NCBI GenBank assembly: GCA_052092505.1 | Contig: JBQDDT010000001.1 | Coordinates: forward strand, 1-49,306 | DNA length: 49,306 nucleotides | Source: Microbacterium sp. | Lineage (GTDB): Bacteria; Actinomycetota; Actinomycetes; Actinomycetales; Microbacteriaceae | Direction of reading: 5' to 3' | Notes under the pieces: generated by a model | Databases searched by the model: none | Told to the model about the DNA's origin: nothing | The model's input: the letters and a program-made list of their open reading frames with translations, nothing else | Shown: piece by piece, positions 39,001 to 47,072 of the stretch | How the letters are laid out: every line of letters begins with the position of its first letter | Position numbering within the stretch: the first letter of the stretch is position 1 | Position numbers and translations under genes: made by a program

Positions 39001-40850
39001 CCTCGGGTGACCAGCTGAGGTTCGCCGACCGCCTCGCGGCTGGGCGGACGGCCGCTGAGGCGGGCGCGGACTACGTCATCTGCGTCCAGCCGCACGTGCT
39101 ATCCAAGCACCGCACGCACACGACGGCCGACGGCCGCGCCGTTCCCATCGCGACTGGACTCGGGACCTTCATGGCGGGGCCGACGAATCGCGTCGACGCG
39201 TCCGGGGCGCTTCTGAAGATCGCGGTGCGGCGGCGCCCGGACGGCGGGGTGGAGATCGCGGACACGTTCCTTCCGCTGAAGCGCTGCTCGGATTACGCGG
39301 GCACGCGGAACGCGATCGTGTCGGCCGATGCCACGCACAATCCGTCGTACGACGCGAGTGAGCTCGGCCCGGCCGCGCGCGAGGCGGCCGAGAAGCTCGG
39401 GGAGGGCATCGCGCCGGAGCGCCCGCGCGAGGTCTCGGTCCGCTCGCAGTTCCGGCCGCAGGTCACTCCCGCGGAGATCGCCGAGATCCTCGGCGTCGCG
39501 TTCTCGGACGCTGACAGGCGCACGCTCGGTGACGCCATCGACCGACCGGTCGAGAACGTCGCTCTGCGCCAGGAGGACCTCCGCCGTGGCGGGGTCGCGG
39601 TCTTCGTCCGGCGTCCGGGAAAGCTCGCCGAGACCGAGCAGATCAGCCCCGCGCACGTGCACGACGTCGGGTCGCTGTTCGCGATCGCGACCGCGCCGCA
39701 GCGGGGACTTCCCACGCTGGTCGTCCCGAACGCGCTCGCCGCCTACGAGACGATCGTCACTTCGATCCGAGCGAAGTACGACCCGGTGACGGTCGCGATC
39801 ACCGGAACGGTCGGAAAGACGACCGCGAAGGAGCTCATGGCGGAGGCCTTCCACCGTCACTTCCGCACGCTCGTGGTCCGGGGCAACAACAACACTCTGG
39901 TGACCGTCGGTCAGGTCGTGCAGAAGCTCACACCCGACTACGAGGCGTACATCCAGGAGGTCCACGGCGGCTCGCCGGCGTCGGCCCACCGCATTTCGCG
40001 CGTCATCCGTCCCGACGTCGCGCTGATCACCGCGATCGGGGACGGGCATCTCGCGCAGATGGGGTCGATCGAGAAGGTCGTCGAGGGCAAGATGCAGATC
40101 ATCGACGGGCTGAAGGACGGCGGCGTCCTCGTGATCAACCACGACAACGAGCACCTCAAACACCAGGAACCACCGGTGCGGACGGTCCGCTACAGCGTGG
40201 AGGACGCCTCCTGCGACTACTTCGCCCGCGACATCCGCGACACCGGGGAGCGGCTCGAGTTCCAGATCGTTGCCCCGGACGGGGTCTTCGAGGCGAAGCT
40301 GAACTTCCAGGGCGTCCACAACGTCAGCAACGCGCTCGGGGTCTTCGCCGCCTCGCGCGAGGCGGGGATCCCGCCGCACACGATCATCGCGGGAATGTCG
40401 AGGTTCGTGCCGGACACGGTGCGCCAGAACCTCGCGGAGGTCGGCGGCTACCGCCTGCTCATCGACACCTACAGCTCCACACCGATGTCGGTGCTCTCCG
40501 CGGTGCGGACCCTCAGCGCCGTCCCCGTGGCGGAGGGGTCGCGACGGATCGCGGTGCTCGGTGACGCCCCCGACCTCGGAGTGCGGGCGAAGGACGCGCA
40601 CATCGAACTCGGCGAGCAGATCGCCGATCTCGACGTCGACCTCGTCCTCTGCTGTGGCGAGGCGTCCGTGCACCTCGTGGAGGCGGCGCGGAAGAAGGGG
40701 ATGAACGCGCACTTTTTCGCCGGACGCGCGGAGTTCAACCGCAAGATCGTCGAGGAGAGCCGGCCGGGCGACGTCCTGCTCTTCAAAGGCGGGATGCGGG
40801 TCAAGCTGCTGGAGAACACGGTCCATCCGCTCTTCGGACGGATCGTCTGA
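36003..40850 (+). CDS. Giant fusion: BspA-type LRR + CapA/PgsA metallophosphoesterase + degenerate CapA + MurF-like ligase
   Basis: LRR repeats (IG..AF.GC..L..V.LP); CapA motifs GDLM, GNLE, AQNHMYD, YAHWG, GSHSH, YSGGNF; Mur motifs AITGTVGKTTAKE, ITAIGDGH, HNVSNA, RRIAVLGD, LFKG; SD AAGGA before ATG 36003 (ORF open from 35982). Confidence 0.8.
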   Translation: MADGDMIRRARSVARKVKRRVQAATNTPDAAMSAAADGVVRVTAGGDRTEAVPRRPRAKMVTEAGVLFQIADGEAKVTGLEEGVVEAMIPAEVAGAVVTTIGREAFQDSVDLIAVRIPESLTVLGARAFVGCTSLTDVELPSDLTVINASAFEGCTALERVILPHELQRIARRAFAGCTALAEMPHYVKTGISIGLTVDRTIVEEAFPTELRHIGEEAFSGCGALRKVVIPFRTEKLPRGVFRGCTALETVWLHAGITEIGAGAFAACRELDRISVPAATETIGEGAFPAQVTIVCAEGSAARAHAESAGLRTSDATAVGEPIHSAFGATASPTVADVVASPESTQAFLDRYALRPAAEPIARPDTEMIDRPSSPSRFRLRDGVYEPIAGSDAGGEVTLSMVGDLMCRFRQQETALVDGEFDFSESFRDVKPLLEDSDLAIGNLEAMLSTSVPYMFESKYVEDRPHLNAPPAFAAAVRDGGFDMVLNAQNHMYDAGAQGVLETLDALNRAELIHGGLYASPEESRFQLFRIKGITLGVVSYLDGARQKMKQANFTPEGLAATASPFDAERVREDIAAAREAGAEFVLAYAHWGREYTDHITQRQQRFARMLVDGGVDYVFGSHSHCPQPYTIMTAQDGKRVPVIYSGGNFVSDIGLARPITQDTFVARLTLGRDAGGSVQILRDGYVPCRIVEGRDIRGFVRVVPCDELISGTQDYSQLQAEEDVSRISAALGRQYSRLAADGSPMPEREDAARGMTPEDELVDAYALREPAFLRQEHVVDAGRAPSYRFDASSEAWRREHDTSVGEAILVCAGSILYDSALERAAEVGDRYEFRSHFRHVREALGAGDLAVGSLGTIVADMYPPMSVMARELARGHYANARPEYLDALRFAGFDCLALANPYNLDAGVRGVAATERAVLESGIVPSGIGRKKTPIIDVNGIRIAVFSLTLNEYSMRTYLTEEGAGAILNVFDEQRARVDIATARETGAEFVLVYLDCRSSGDQLRFADRLAAGRTAAEAGADYVICVQPHVLSKHRTHTTADGRAVPIATGLGTFMAGPTNRVDASGALLKIAVRRRPDGGVEIADTFLPLKRCSDYAGTRNAIVSADATHNPSYDASELGPAAREAAEKLGEGIAPERPREVSVRSQFRPQVTPAEIAEILGVAFSDADRRTLGDAIDRPVENVALRQEDLRRGGVAVFVRRPGKLAETEQISPAHVHDVGSLFAIATAPQRGLPTLVVPNALAAYETIVTSIRAKYDPVTVAITGTVGKTTAKELMAEAFHRHFRTLVVRGNNNTLVTVGQVVQKLTPDYEAYIQEVHGGSPASAHRISRVIRPDVALITAIGDGHLAQMGSIEKVVEGKMQIIDGLKDGGVLVINHDNEHLKHQEPPVRTVRYSVEDASCDYFARDIRDTGERLEFQIVAPDGVFEAKLNFQGVHNVSNALGVFAASREAGIPPHTIIAGMSRFVPDTVRQNLAEVGGYRLLIDTYSSTPMSVLSAVRTLSAVPVAEGSRRIAVLGDAPDLGVRAKDAHIELGEQIADLDVDLVLCCGEASVHLVEAARKKGMNAHFFAGRAEFNRKIVEESRPGDVLLFKGGMRVKLLENTVHPLFGRIV

Positions 40851-40866
40851 CGACGAAGGAAGACGT

Positions 40867-43800
40867 ATGCGCAGGTTCGTTGCACGAGTCGCGAAGGCGC
40901 CATTGCGCGCCGTGAAGGCCGTCAACCGGCGCACCTCGAACGTCGTGTCGGAACCCATCGCCGGCGGTCTGCTGTCGACGGGCAGGACGGGAGACCTGCC
41001 CGTTCTCGCGCGACTCTGCGTCGCTCGAACGGGTGCGTCGGGCCGTGCGCTGCTCATTGCACGGGCGGCCTCACTGAACGGCGGGCGCATCGAACGCCTG
41101 CAGCGGCTGCTCCGAGACTTCCCCGAGACGTTCGGCCGCGTCCTCCTCTTCGGTGAGAATGCGACGGCATATGCCGGACGCCTCGCCCGAGTCGCGTCGT
41201 CGGTCGAGGCGATCGATGACCGCTATGCGCTGCGCGACGCGATCGCTGACTACTGGGGGACGAGTGACGCCCCGGCGATCGCGGTCGTCGGTGCGACCAA
41301 CCCCGGCATCGCCTGGGCCGTCGACGATGTGCTCGGCACCTGCACTGTCCTGTCTTCCGTCGGCGTGCGCAGGCGTGCGATGCGGGTGAAGACAGCACAC
41401 GTCGAGGTCGACCTCGTCTCCGGGGCGGGAGCGTATGTGGTCTCCAGTGGAGTCGAAGCAGGGGACCTCGTCGTGCCGAACACCGCCGCCGGCATGGGGG
41501 TCTCGACGATCGCGCCGGGGGCTTTTCGAGGGGCCTCGCTCACGTCCATTCTCGCGCCGGCGCCTCTGCGGACGATCGGCGCGGAGGCCTTTGCGGGGTG
41601 CTCCGATGTCACGCGGGTCGTCCTGCCAGGCACGCTGCGTTACGTCGGGGCGTCCGCCTTCGAAGGCGCCGCCGCGCTGGAGCGGATCCACATCCCGAAT
41701 GGCGTGCACACGATCGGTCCTTGGGCGTTCGCTGGATGCGGCGCGCTGCGGAAGGTCGTGCTGCCCGAGTCCCTCGTGACGATCGCGGACGATGCCTTCG
41801 TCGGCGCTCACCCGGAGCTCGAGTTCCACGCCCCGGAGGGGTCGGAGGCTTATCGCTGGGCGAGCGAGCGCGGACGGGTGGTCAGTGCGGAACCGGCGCC
41901 GGCCGCAGAGACGCTGGAGACCGTGCGTGTGACCCAGGATGGTGTGGAGTACGCCGTCCTCCCGGGCGGGATGGTCGAGGCGTGCCGGGTCGACGACTCG
42001 GTGTCCGGCGTTCTGGAGCTGCCCGCAGAGGTGCACGGGCACGCGGTCCGTGGGATCGGGCATGACTTCGTCGGGGGTAAGACGTCGGTCTCCGAGATCG
42101 TCCTGCCGGCGAGTGCCAGGTGGGTCTCGGCGCACGCGATCGCGAGGCCGGTCGTGAAGCGCGTGCGCGGGGCTCGAAATCTGCAGTGGCGCGGCCGTGG
42201 CACTGTGCAGAAGGCGCTGATCCGTTTCAACCCGCGCAAGCCCATCGACGCCGACTCGGTGCGTCTGACGATGCGGATGCTCGCGGAACTGGTCGACATC
42301 GACGTCCCGGCAGACTTCGCCGACGACATGGATGAGCCCTACCCGTCGCTCGCGTCGTCGGTCTTCACGTCGGGGGTGGGCAGCCTGTACTTCGCCTCCG
42401 CGCGCGAGCTGACTCCCGACGTCGTCGATCGGCTCGTGGGACGGGGCGTGCGGGCGTTCGTGAGTGACGGCGCGGTGCGAGACGGCCGTGGCGAGCCCGT
42501 CCCGCAGGCGTTCACGGACGATCCACGTCGCGCATTCGAATCGGCCTGTGCGTGGATCGCACGGCAGCACTCGGTCACGACGATCGCCATCACGGGCAGC
42601 GTCGGCAAGACCAGCACGAAGGAGATGATTCGGCACGTCTGCGAAAGCGCGCTGTCGGTGCACTACAGCACCGGCAACCAGAACGGCCCCGCTCAGGTCG
42701 CGCGCCACGCGCAGAACGTCACCGACAAGCACGACGTCTTCATCCAGGAGACAGGGGCGGCATACCCGGGCATCGTCGAACGGGGCGCGCGGATCCTCCG
42801 TGCGAACGGCTTCGTCATCACCAACATCGGGCTCAATCACGTCGGGAACTACGGCGGCAGCCAGGAGCGGCTCCTCGCTGACAAGCTGAGCCACGATCGG
42901 CACATGCCGGAGGACGGCGTGGCCTTCGTCAATCTGGACGATCCGAAGCTGCGGGAGGTCGAGCTGACCCACCGCATCATCTCGTATGCCGTCGACGCCC
43001 GAGACGCCGACTACTTCGCCGAGGACGTCGTCGAGGAAGAGGGCACGGTGCGCTTCCAGATCGTCGAGTCGTCCTCGGGCGAGCGCACGCCGGTCGTCGT
43101 CAACGCGGTCGGGCGCCACAACGTCTCGAACGCGGTCGTCGCGTTCGCGGTGGGCCGATGGCTGGACGTCCCAGTACGGAAGATCGTGGAGGGCATCGGC
43201 TCGTACGAGGGGGAGGGGCTCCGGCAGAACCTCACCGAGATCGGCGGTCGGCGCGTGCTCATCGACTGCTACAACGCGTCGGAAGTGGCCATCGGGAGCA
43301 CCGCGGACGCGCTGCAGGCGATCTCGGTTCCGGAGGGCGGTCGGCGCATCTACGTCGTCGCCGACATCGACGACAAGCTCGGCAGCATCACCGAGGAGGT
43401 GCATCGTCGCGTGGGCGTCGCGCTCGCCGAGGCCGACGGCATCGACCGCTTCTACCTCTTCGGCGCGCACGCGGCATGGATCGCGGAGGAGCTGACCGCA
43501 CTCGGTCGTGACGCGGTCGCGACGACCGATCGCGACGAGCTGACCGAGAGGCTGCGCGACGACCTGCGCGAGGACGACCTCGTCGCGTTCAAGGGCGGTC
43601 AGCAGATGGCTCTGTCGATCACGATCGACACGCTGTTCGGCACGGCGTTCGTGCTCTCCGACGGCGACGTGCTCGAGAAGCGCGGCACGAACATCTCAGA
43701 CGGAGGCATGACGTACCGGCTCATCGACGAGTACGGCGCTCAGCTGCGGAAGGTGCCCCCGGAGTTCCCCGGCACGTCGCTGGTGGTCGAGCCCGTGATC

Positions 43801-44211
43801 GACGGCGTACCCGTGTACATGGTCGGACGGTCGGCGTGCTCCAACTCTCCGCTGGTGGAGGCATCGATCCCCGAACCGGTCCGCACGATCGCGCGGGCGG
43901 CCTTCTTCCGCAACCGCGCGCTCGAGCGGATCGATCTGCCCGCCACGCTCCTCCACATCGGCCAGAGCGCGTTCAACGGGTGCTCGTCGCTGCGCGAGAT
44001 CGTCGTCCCCGAGGGAGTGACGACGATCGGACACCGCGCGTTCTTCCGCTGCACCTCGCTCGAGCGTCTGGTGCTCCCGGCATCCGTGCGGACGATCGAT
44101 CCGGAGGCGTTCCGCGGGTGCACGGCGGTGACGATCGAGTGCCCCGCCGGCTCGTACGCGGAGAGCTTCGTCCGCGAGCACTACCGCAGGCTCGCCGTCG
44201 CCTCGACCTGA
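40867..44211 (+). CDS. Fusion: BspA-type LRR + MurF-like ligase + LRR
   Basis: LRR blocks near both ends; AITGSVGKTSTKE, ITNIGLNH, HNVSNA, LIDCYNAS, HRRVG, VAFKG; SD GAAGGAAG. Confidence 0.8.
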   Translation: MRRFVARVAKAPLRAVKAVNRRTSNVVSEPIAGGLLSTGRTGDLPVLARLCVARTGASGRALLIARAASLNGGRIERLQRLLRDFPETFGRVLLFGENATAYAGRLARVASSVEAIDDRYALRDAIADYWGTSDAPAIAVVGATNPGIAWAVDDVLGTCTVLSSVGVRRRAMRVKTAHVEVDLVSGAGAYVVSSGVEAGDLVVPNTAAGMGVSTIAPGAFRGASLTSILAPAPLRTIGAEAFAGCSDVTRVVLPGTLRYVGASAFEGAAALERIHIPNGVHTIGPWAFAGCGALRKVVLPESLVTIADDAFVGAHPELEFHAPEGSEAYRWASERGRVVSAEPAPAAETLETVRVTQDGVEYAVLPGGMVEACRVDDSVSGVLELPAEVHGHAVRGIGHDFVGGKTSVSEIVLPASARWVSAHAIARPVVKRVRGARNLQWRGRGTVQKALIRFNPRKPIDADSVRLTMRMLAELVDIDVPADFADDMDEPYPSLASSVFTSGVGSLYFASARELTPDVVDRLVGRGVRAFVSDGAVRDGRGEPVPQAFTDDPRRAFESACAWIARQHSVTTIAITGSVGKTSTKEMIRHVCESALSVHYSTGNQNGPAQVARHAQNVTDKHDVFIQETGAAYPGIVERGARILRANGFVITNIGLNHVGNYGGSQERLLADKLSHDRHMPEDGVAFVNLDDPKLREVELTHRIISYAVDARDADYFAEDVVEEEGTVRFQIVESSSGERTPVVVNAVGRHNVSNAVVAFAVGRWLDVPVRKIVEGIGSYEGEGLRQNLTEIGGRRVLIDCYNASEVAIGSTADALQAISVPEGGRRIYVVADIDDKLGSITEEVHRRVGVALAEADGIDRFYLFGAHAAWIAEELTALGRDAVATTDRDELTERLRDDLREDDLVAFKGGQQMALSITIDTLFGTAFVLSDGDVLEKRGTNISDGGMTYRLIDEYGAQLRKVPPEFPGTSLVVEPVIDGVPVYMVGRSACSNSPLVEASIPEPVRTIARAAFFRNRALERIDLPATLLHIGQSAFNGCSSLREIVVPEGVTTIGHRAFFRCTSLERLVLPASVRTIDPEAFRGCTAVTIECPAGSYAESFVREHYRRLAVAST

Positions 44212-44307
44212 GGCCGTCGGCCCTTTCCGGACGTCCGAAACCCGTTGCCGTGCGATATCCCGTGCGGGAACGGGGCGTCGCCGCCCTGGCGCCTCTAGGC
44301 TGGCGGC

Positions 44308-45294
44308 ATGCGATTCGGAACCTTCATCCCGCAGGGCTGGCGCTTCGACCTCGTCGGCATCGATCCGGCCGACCACTGGGACACGATGCGCTCGCTCGCG
44401 CAGCGGGCCGATGCCGGTCCGTGGGAGTCCGTCTGGGTCTACGACCACTTCCACACCACGCCGGTCCCGAGCGACGAGGCGACGCACGAGGCGTGGTCGC
44501 TGATGTCCGCCTTCGCCGCCTCCACGAGCCGCGTCCGTCTCGGGCAGATGTGCACGTGCATGGGGTATCGGAATCCGGCCTACCTCGCCAAGGTCGCCGC
44601 GACCATCGACCACGTCTCCGGCGGGCGCGTCGAGATGGGGATCGGCGGTGGCTGGTACGAGCACGAGTGGCGTGCATACGGCTACGGCTTCCCCGAGGTC
44701 CCCGACCGACTTCGGATGCTCCGCGAGGGCGTCGACATCATGCAGCAGGCGTGGACCACGGGGTCCGCGACGCTCGACGGCCGCTACTACCAGGTCGACG
44801 GCGCGCTCGTGCGCCCGCTCCCGGTGCAGGATGGCGGGATCCCGATCTGGGTCGCGGGCGGCGGCGAGAAGGTGACGCTGAAGATCGCCGCGACCTACGC
44901 GTCGTACACGAACTTCGCCGGCGACCTCGACACGTTCCGCCACAAGAGCGCGGTCGTGCGCGTCCACGCCGAGCGGATCGGACGAGACGACGCGGAGATC
45001 ACGCGGTCGTCGAACTTCCAAGCGGTGATCGGCGAGACGGAGGCCGAGGTCGCCGAGCGCCTGCGCGCGGTCGAGGCACGACTGGCCCCGCACCTCGGCG
45101 ACCGGCTCGAGGCCGAGATGGCGAAGTACAGCGCCCCGGCCGCGCTGGTGGGCACGGTGGAGCAGGTCACCGAGAAGCTCTCGGCGTACGGCGATGCGGG
45201 CGTCGACTACGCGATCGCCTACTTCCCCGAGGCCGCGTACGACACCTCCGGCATCGACCTCTTCGCGGAGAAGGTCATCCCGGCCCTGAGCTGA
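44308..45294 (+). CDS. LLM-class (probably F420-dependent) oxidoreductase
   Basis: MRFGTFIPQGW, SVWVYDHFH, RLGQMCTC, YRNPAYLAK, SGGRVEMGIGGGW, WVAGGGEK. Confidence 0.9.
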   Translation: MRFGTFIPQGWRFDLVGIDPADHWDTMRSLAQRADAGPWESVWVYDHFHTTPVPSDEATHEAWSLMSAFAASTSRVRLGQMCTCMGYRNPAYLAKVAATIDHVSGGRVEMGIGGGWYEHEWRAYGYGFPEVPDRLRMLREGVDIMQQAWTTGSATLDGRYYQVDGALVRPLPVQDGGIPIWVAGGGEKVTLKIAATYASYTNFAGDLDTFRHKSAVVRVHAERIGRDDAEITRSSNFQAVIGETEAEVAERLRAVEARLAPHLGDRLEAEMAKYSAPAALVGTVEQVTEKLSAYGDAGVDYAIAYFPEAAYDTSGIDLFAEKVIPALS

Positions 45295-45301
45295 CCGCCC
45301 G

Positions 45302-46822
45302 CTACGCCGGGGGAGGCGTGAGGGGCAGGCCCCGCGCGACCGCCGCCGCGGCGGACAGCCACGCACGCTGGGTCGCGGGGTTCAGCGCGCGGTAGTGCAG
45401 CTGAGGGGCGCCCATGCTGGTGTCGAACGGGATCCGGACGACGTCGCGCACCAGATCGGCGTAGCCGAGCTCGATCCGGCGGATGTCCGCCTGCGTCGCC
45501 TTCTCGTCCGACTGGCTCACGACGGCGACCGCGTTCTCCGCCAGCCGGCGCGAGCGCTCGTCGCGGTCCGCGAGGGCTTCGAGGAGGAGCGCTCCGGCCT
45601 CGGCGTGCTCCGCGCGGGAGGACGTCGCGACGACGAGCTGATCGGTGCGGTCGATCATCCGCAGCCACATGGGGTCGGACTCGTCGTTGCCCGAGTCCAT
45701 GACGATCAGTCGGTAGTACTTCGCGGCGACGGCGTGGATCCGGTCGACGTCGCCGCTCGAGACGCGCTGCTGGCTCGCGAGGGCCATCGGCTGCGATCGG
45801 AGCACGTCGTAGTGGTCCCGCGACTGGTGGTGCACGTACCGGGCGAGCTCGGCGGACTGCGCGTCGGACGACAGCAGGCGCCCCGTCTCGGGCAGCAGGT
45901 CGTGGAGGGTGGCGTCGTGCGGCCCCTGCTCCGTGCGCCAGCCGAGGGTGCCTCTGGTCTGGTTGTTGTCCCAGGCGAGCACGCCGGCGCCCCCGAACCG
46001 CGCGAACACGGCGGCGAGGAGGATCGTCGTCGGCGTCTTGTTCGCACCGCCCTTGCCGTTCACGACGGCGATCGTGCGCGGCCCCGTCCACTGCTGGGCG
46101 ACCGTCGCACGGTCCTCGCGCTCCGTGCGCTCCGAGGCGCCGGGCCCGACCCGCACGCCGGCCCTGGCGAGCATGCCGCGCCAGCCGCGCGTGGCCGGAT
46201 CCTCCGTCTGGCCGCCGGCGATGAACGAGCGCCGCCCCTGCGGGGAGATCGGGCGCGCCGCGGGGATGCCGGGCTCCGGCGGCGCGGGCTGTGCGAGGGG
46301 GAGGGGTGCCGGCTCGTCGTCTGCCGGCTCCGCCGGTGCGGGTGACTCGACGGTGGCCGCGCCCGGGATGCGCGTGGGCTCCGTGTTCGCGGTGGCCTGC
46401 TCGTCGGAGACGACCGGCACATGGCTCGTCCGCCGCGGCCCGCGGGGGTCGACGTCGTCCGCGTCGGCGGGGAGGACGCCGGGGACCGCCTCGATCAGGC
46501 CGCTGGGCTCGGTGGCGACGCCGGTGGCCGCCTCGAGGCCCGACGCGGTCGGCTCCTCGCTCACACCGGGCTCCTCCGCCGAGTCGACCTTGCCGTCGGG
46601 GTGCACGATCAGCGGCCACACCGCGTCGGGCTCCTCCACCGTCACGCGGACCGGACGCTGCAGCTTCTGGGCGTTCTCGGCGCAGAATCGGACGACCTCG
46701 CGCCGCGCGTTCTCCGCGCTGTCGGCGTCGATCGGGTGGTCGGTGTCGTTGAGCGTCACGACCCCGGAACCGGACGCGTCGATCCTGGCTGAGATGACGG
46801 GCCACGTGGGCACGTATTGCAT
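45302..46822 (-). CDS. MinD/ParA-like ATPase with Pro/Glu-rich N-terminal region
   Basis: IAVVNGKGGANKT, LAWDNN..RGTL, LIVMDSGN, IPFD; low-complexity linker; TAGGCT -10 at 46879-46874. Confidence 0.78.
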   Translation of the reverse strand: MQYVPTWPVISARIDASGSGVVTLNDTDHPIDADSAENARREVVRFCAENAQKLQRPVRVTVEEPDAVWPLIVHPDGKVDSAEEPGVSEEPTASGLEAATGVATEPSGLIEAVPGVLPADADDVDPRGPRRTSHVPVVSDEQATANTEPTRIPGAATVESPAPAEPADDEPAPLPLAQPAPPEPGIPAARPISPQGRRSFIAGGQTEDPATRGWRGMLARAGVRVGPGASERTEREDRATVAQQWTGPRTIAVVNGKGGANKTPTTILLAAVFARFGGAGVLAWDNNQTRGTLGWRTEQGPHDATLHDLLPETGRLLSSDAQSAELARYVHHQSRDHYDVLRSQPMALASQQRVSSGDVDRIHAVAAKYYRLIVMDSGNDESDPMWLRMIDRTDQLVVATSSRAEHAEAGALLLEALADRDERSRRLAENAVAVVSQSDEKATQADIRRIELGYADLVRDVVRIPFDTSMGAPQLHYRALNPATQRAWLSAAAAVARGLPLTPPPA

Positions 46823-47072
46823 GGAGAAACCCCCTGAGGACGATGCCCGCGTGCGCGGGCCGATGCCGTCTCCAGCCTAGTCGCCGCGCACTGCGCGCTC
46901 GCGGAGCGGGGACACGATGCCTCGCGACGTGTCAGGGAGCCCGTTGTCATCACGCAGGCGAAAGAATCGCAACTCTTGCGACGCTGATCGGCAAGAAGCA
47001 CGGATGACGCTTTCCTAATCTGGCAATACGCGGGGTCGACACCACCCGGCCCGCGGAGAGCGAAGGAGCGCC

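Noticed and set aside
36003-44211. Calling the giant genes murF or a canonical cap/pgs operon
   Set aside because: Substrate-site motifs are altered, extra domains are fused, there is no dcw context and no CapC/CapD/CapE
44308-45294. LLM gene as an SsuD-like sulfonate monooxygenase partnering the Tau transporter
   Set aside because: Motifs match the common F420-type LLM group, it has its own leaderless promoter and no flavin reductase gene; link unsupported though not excluded
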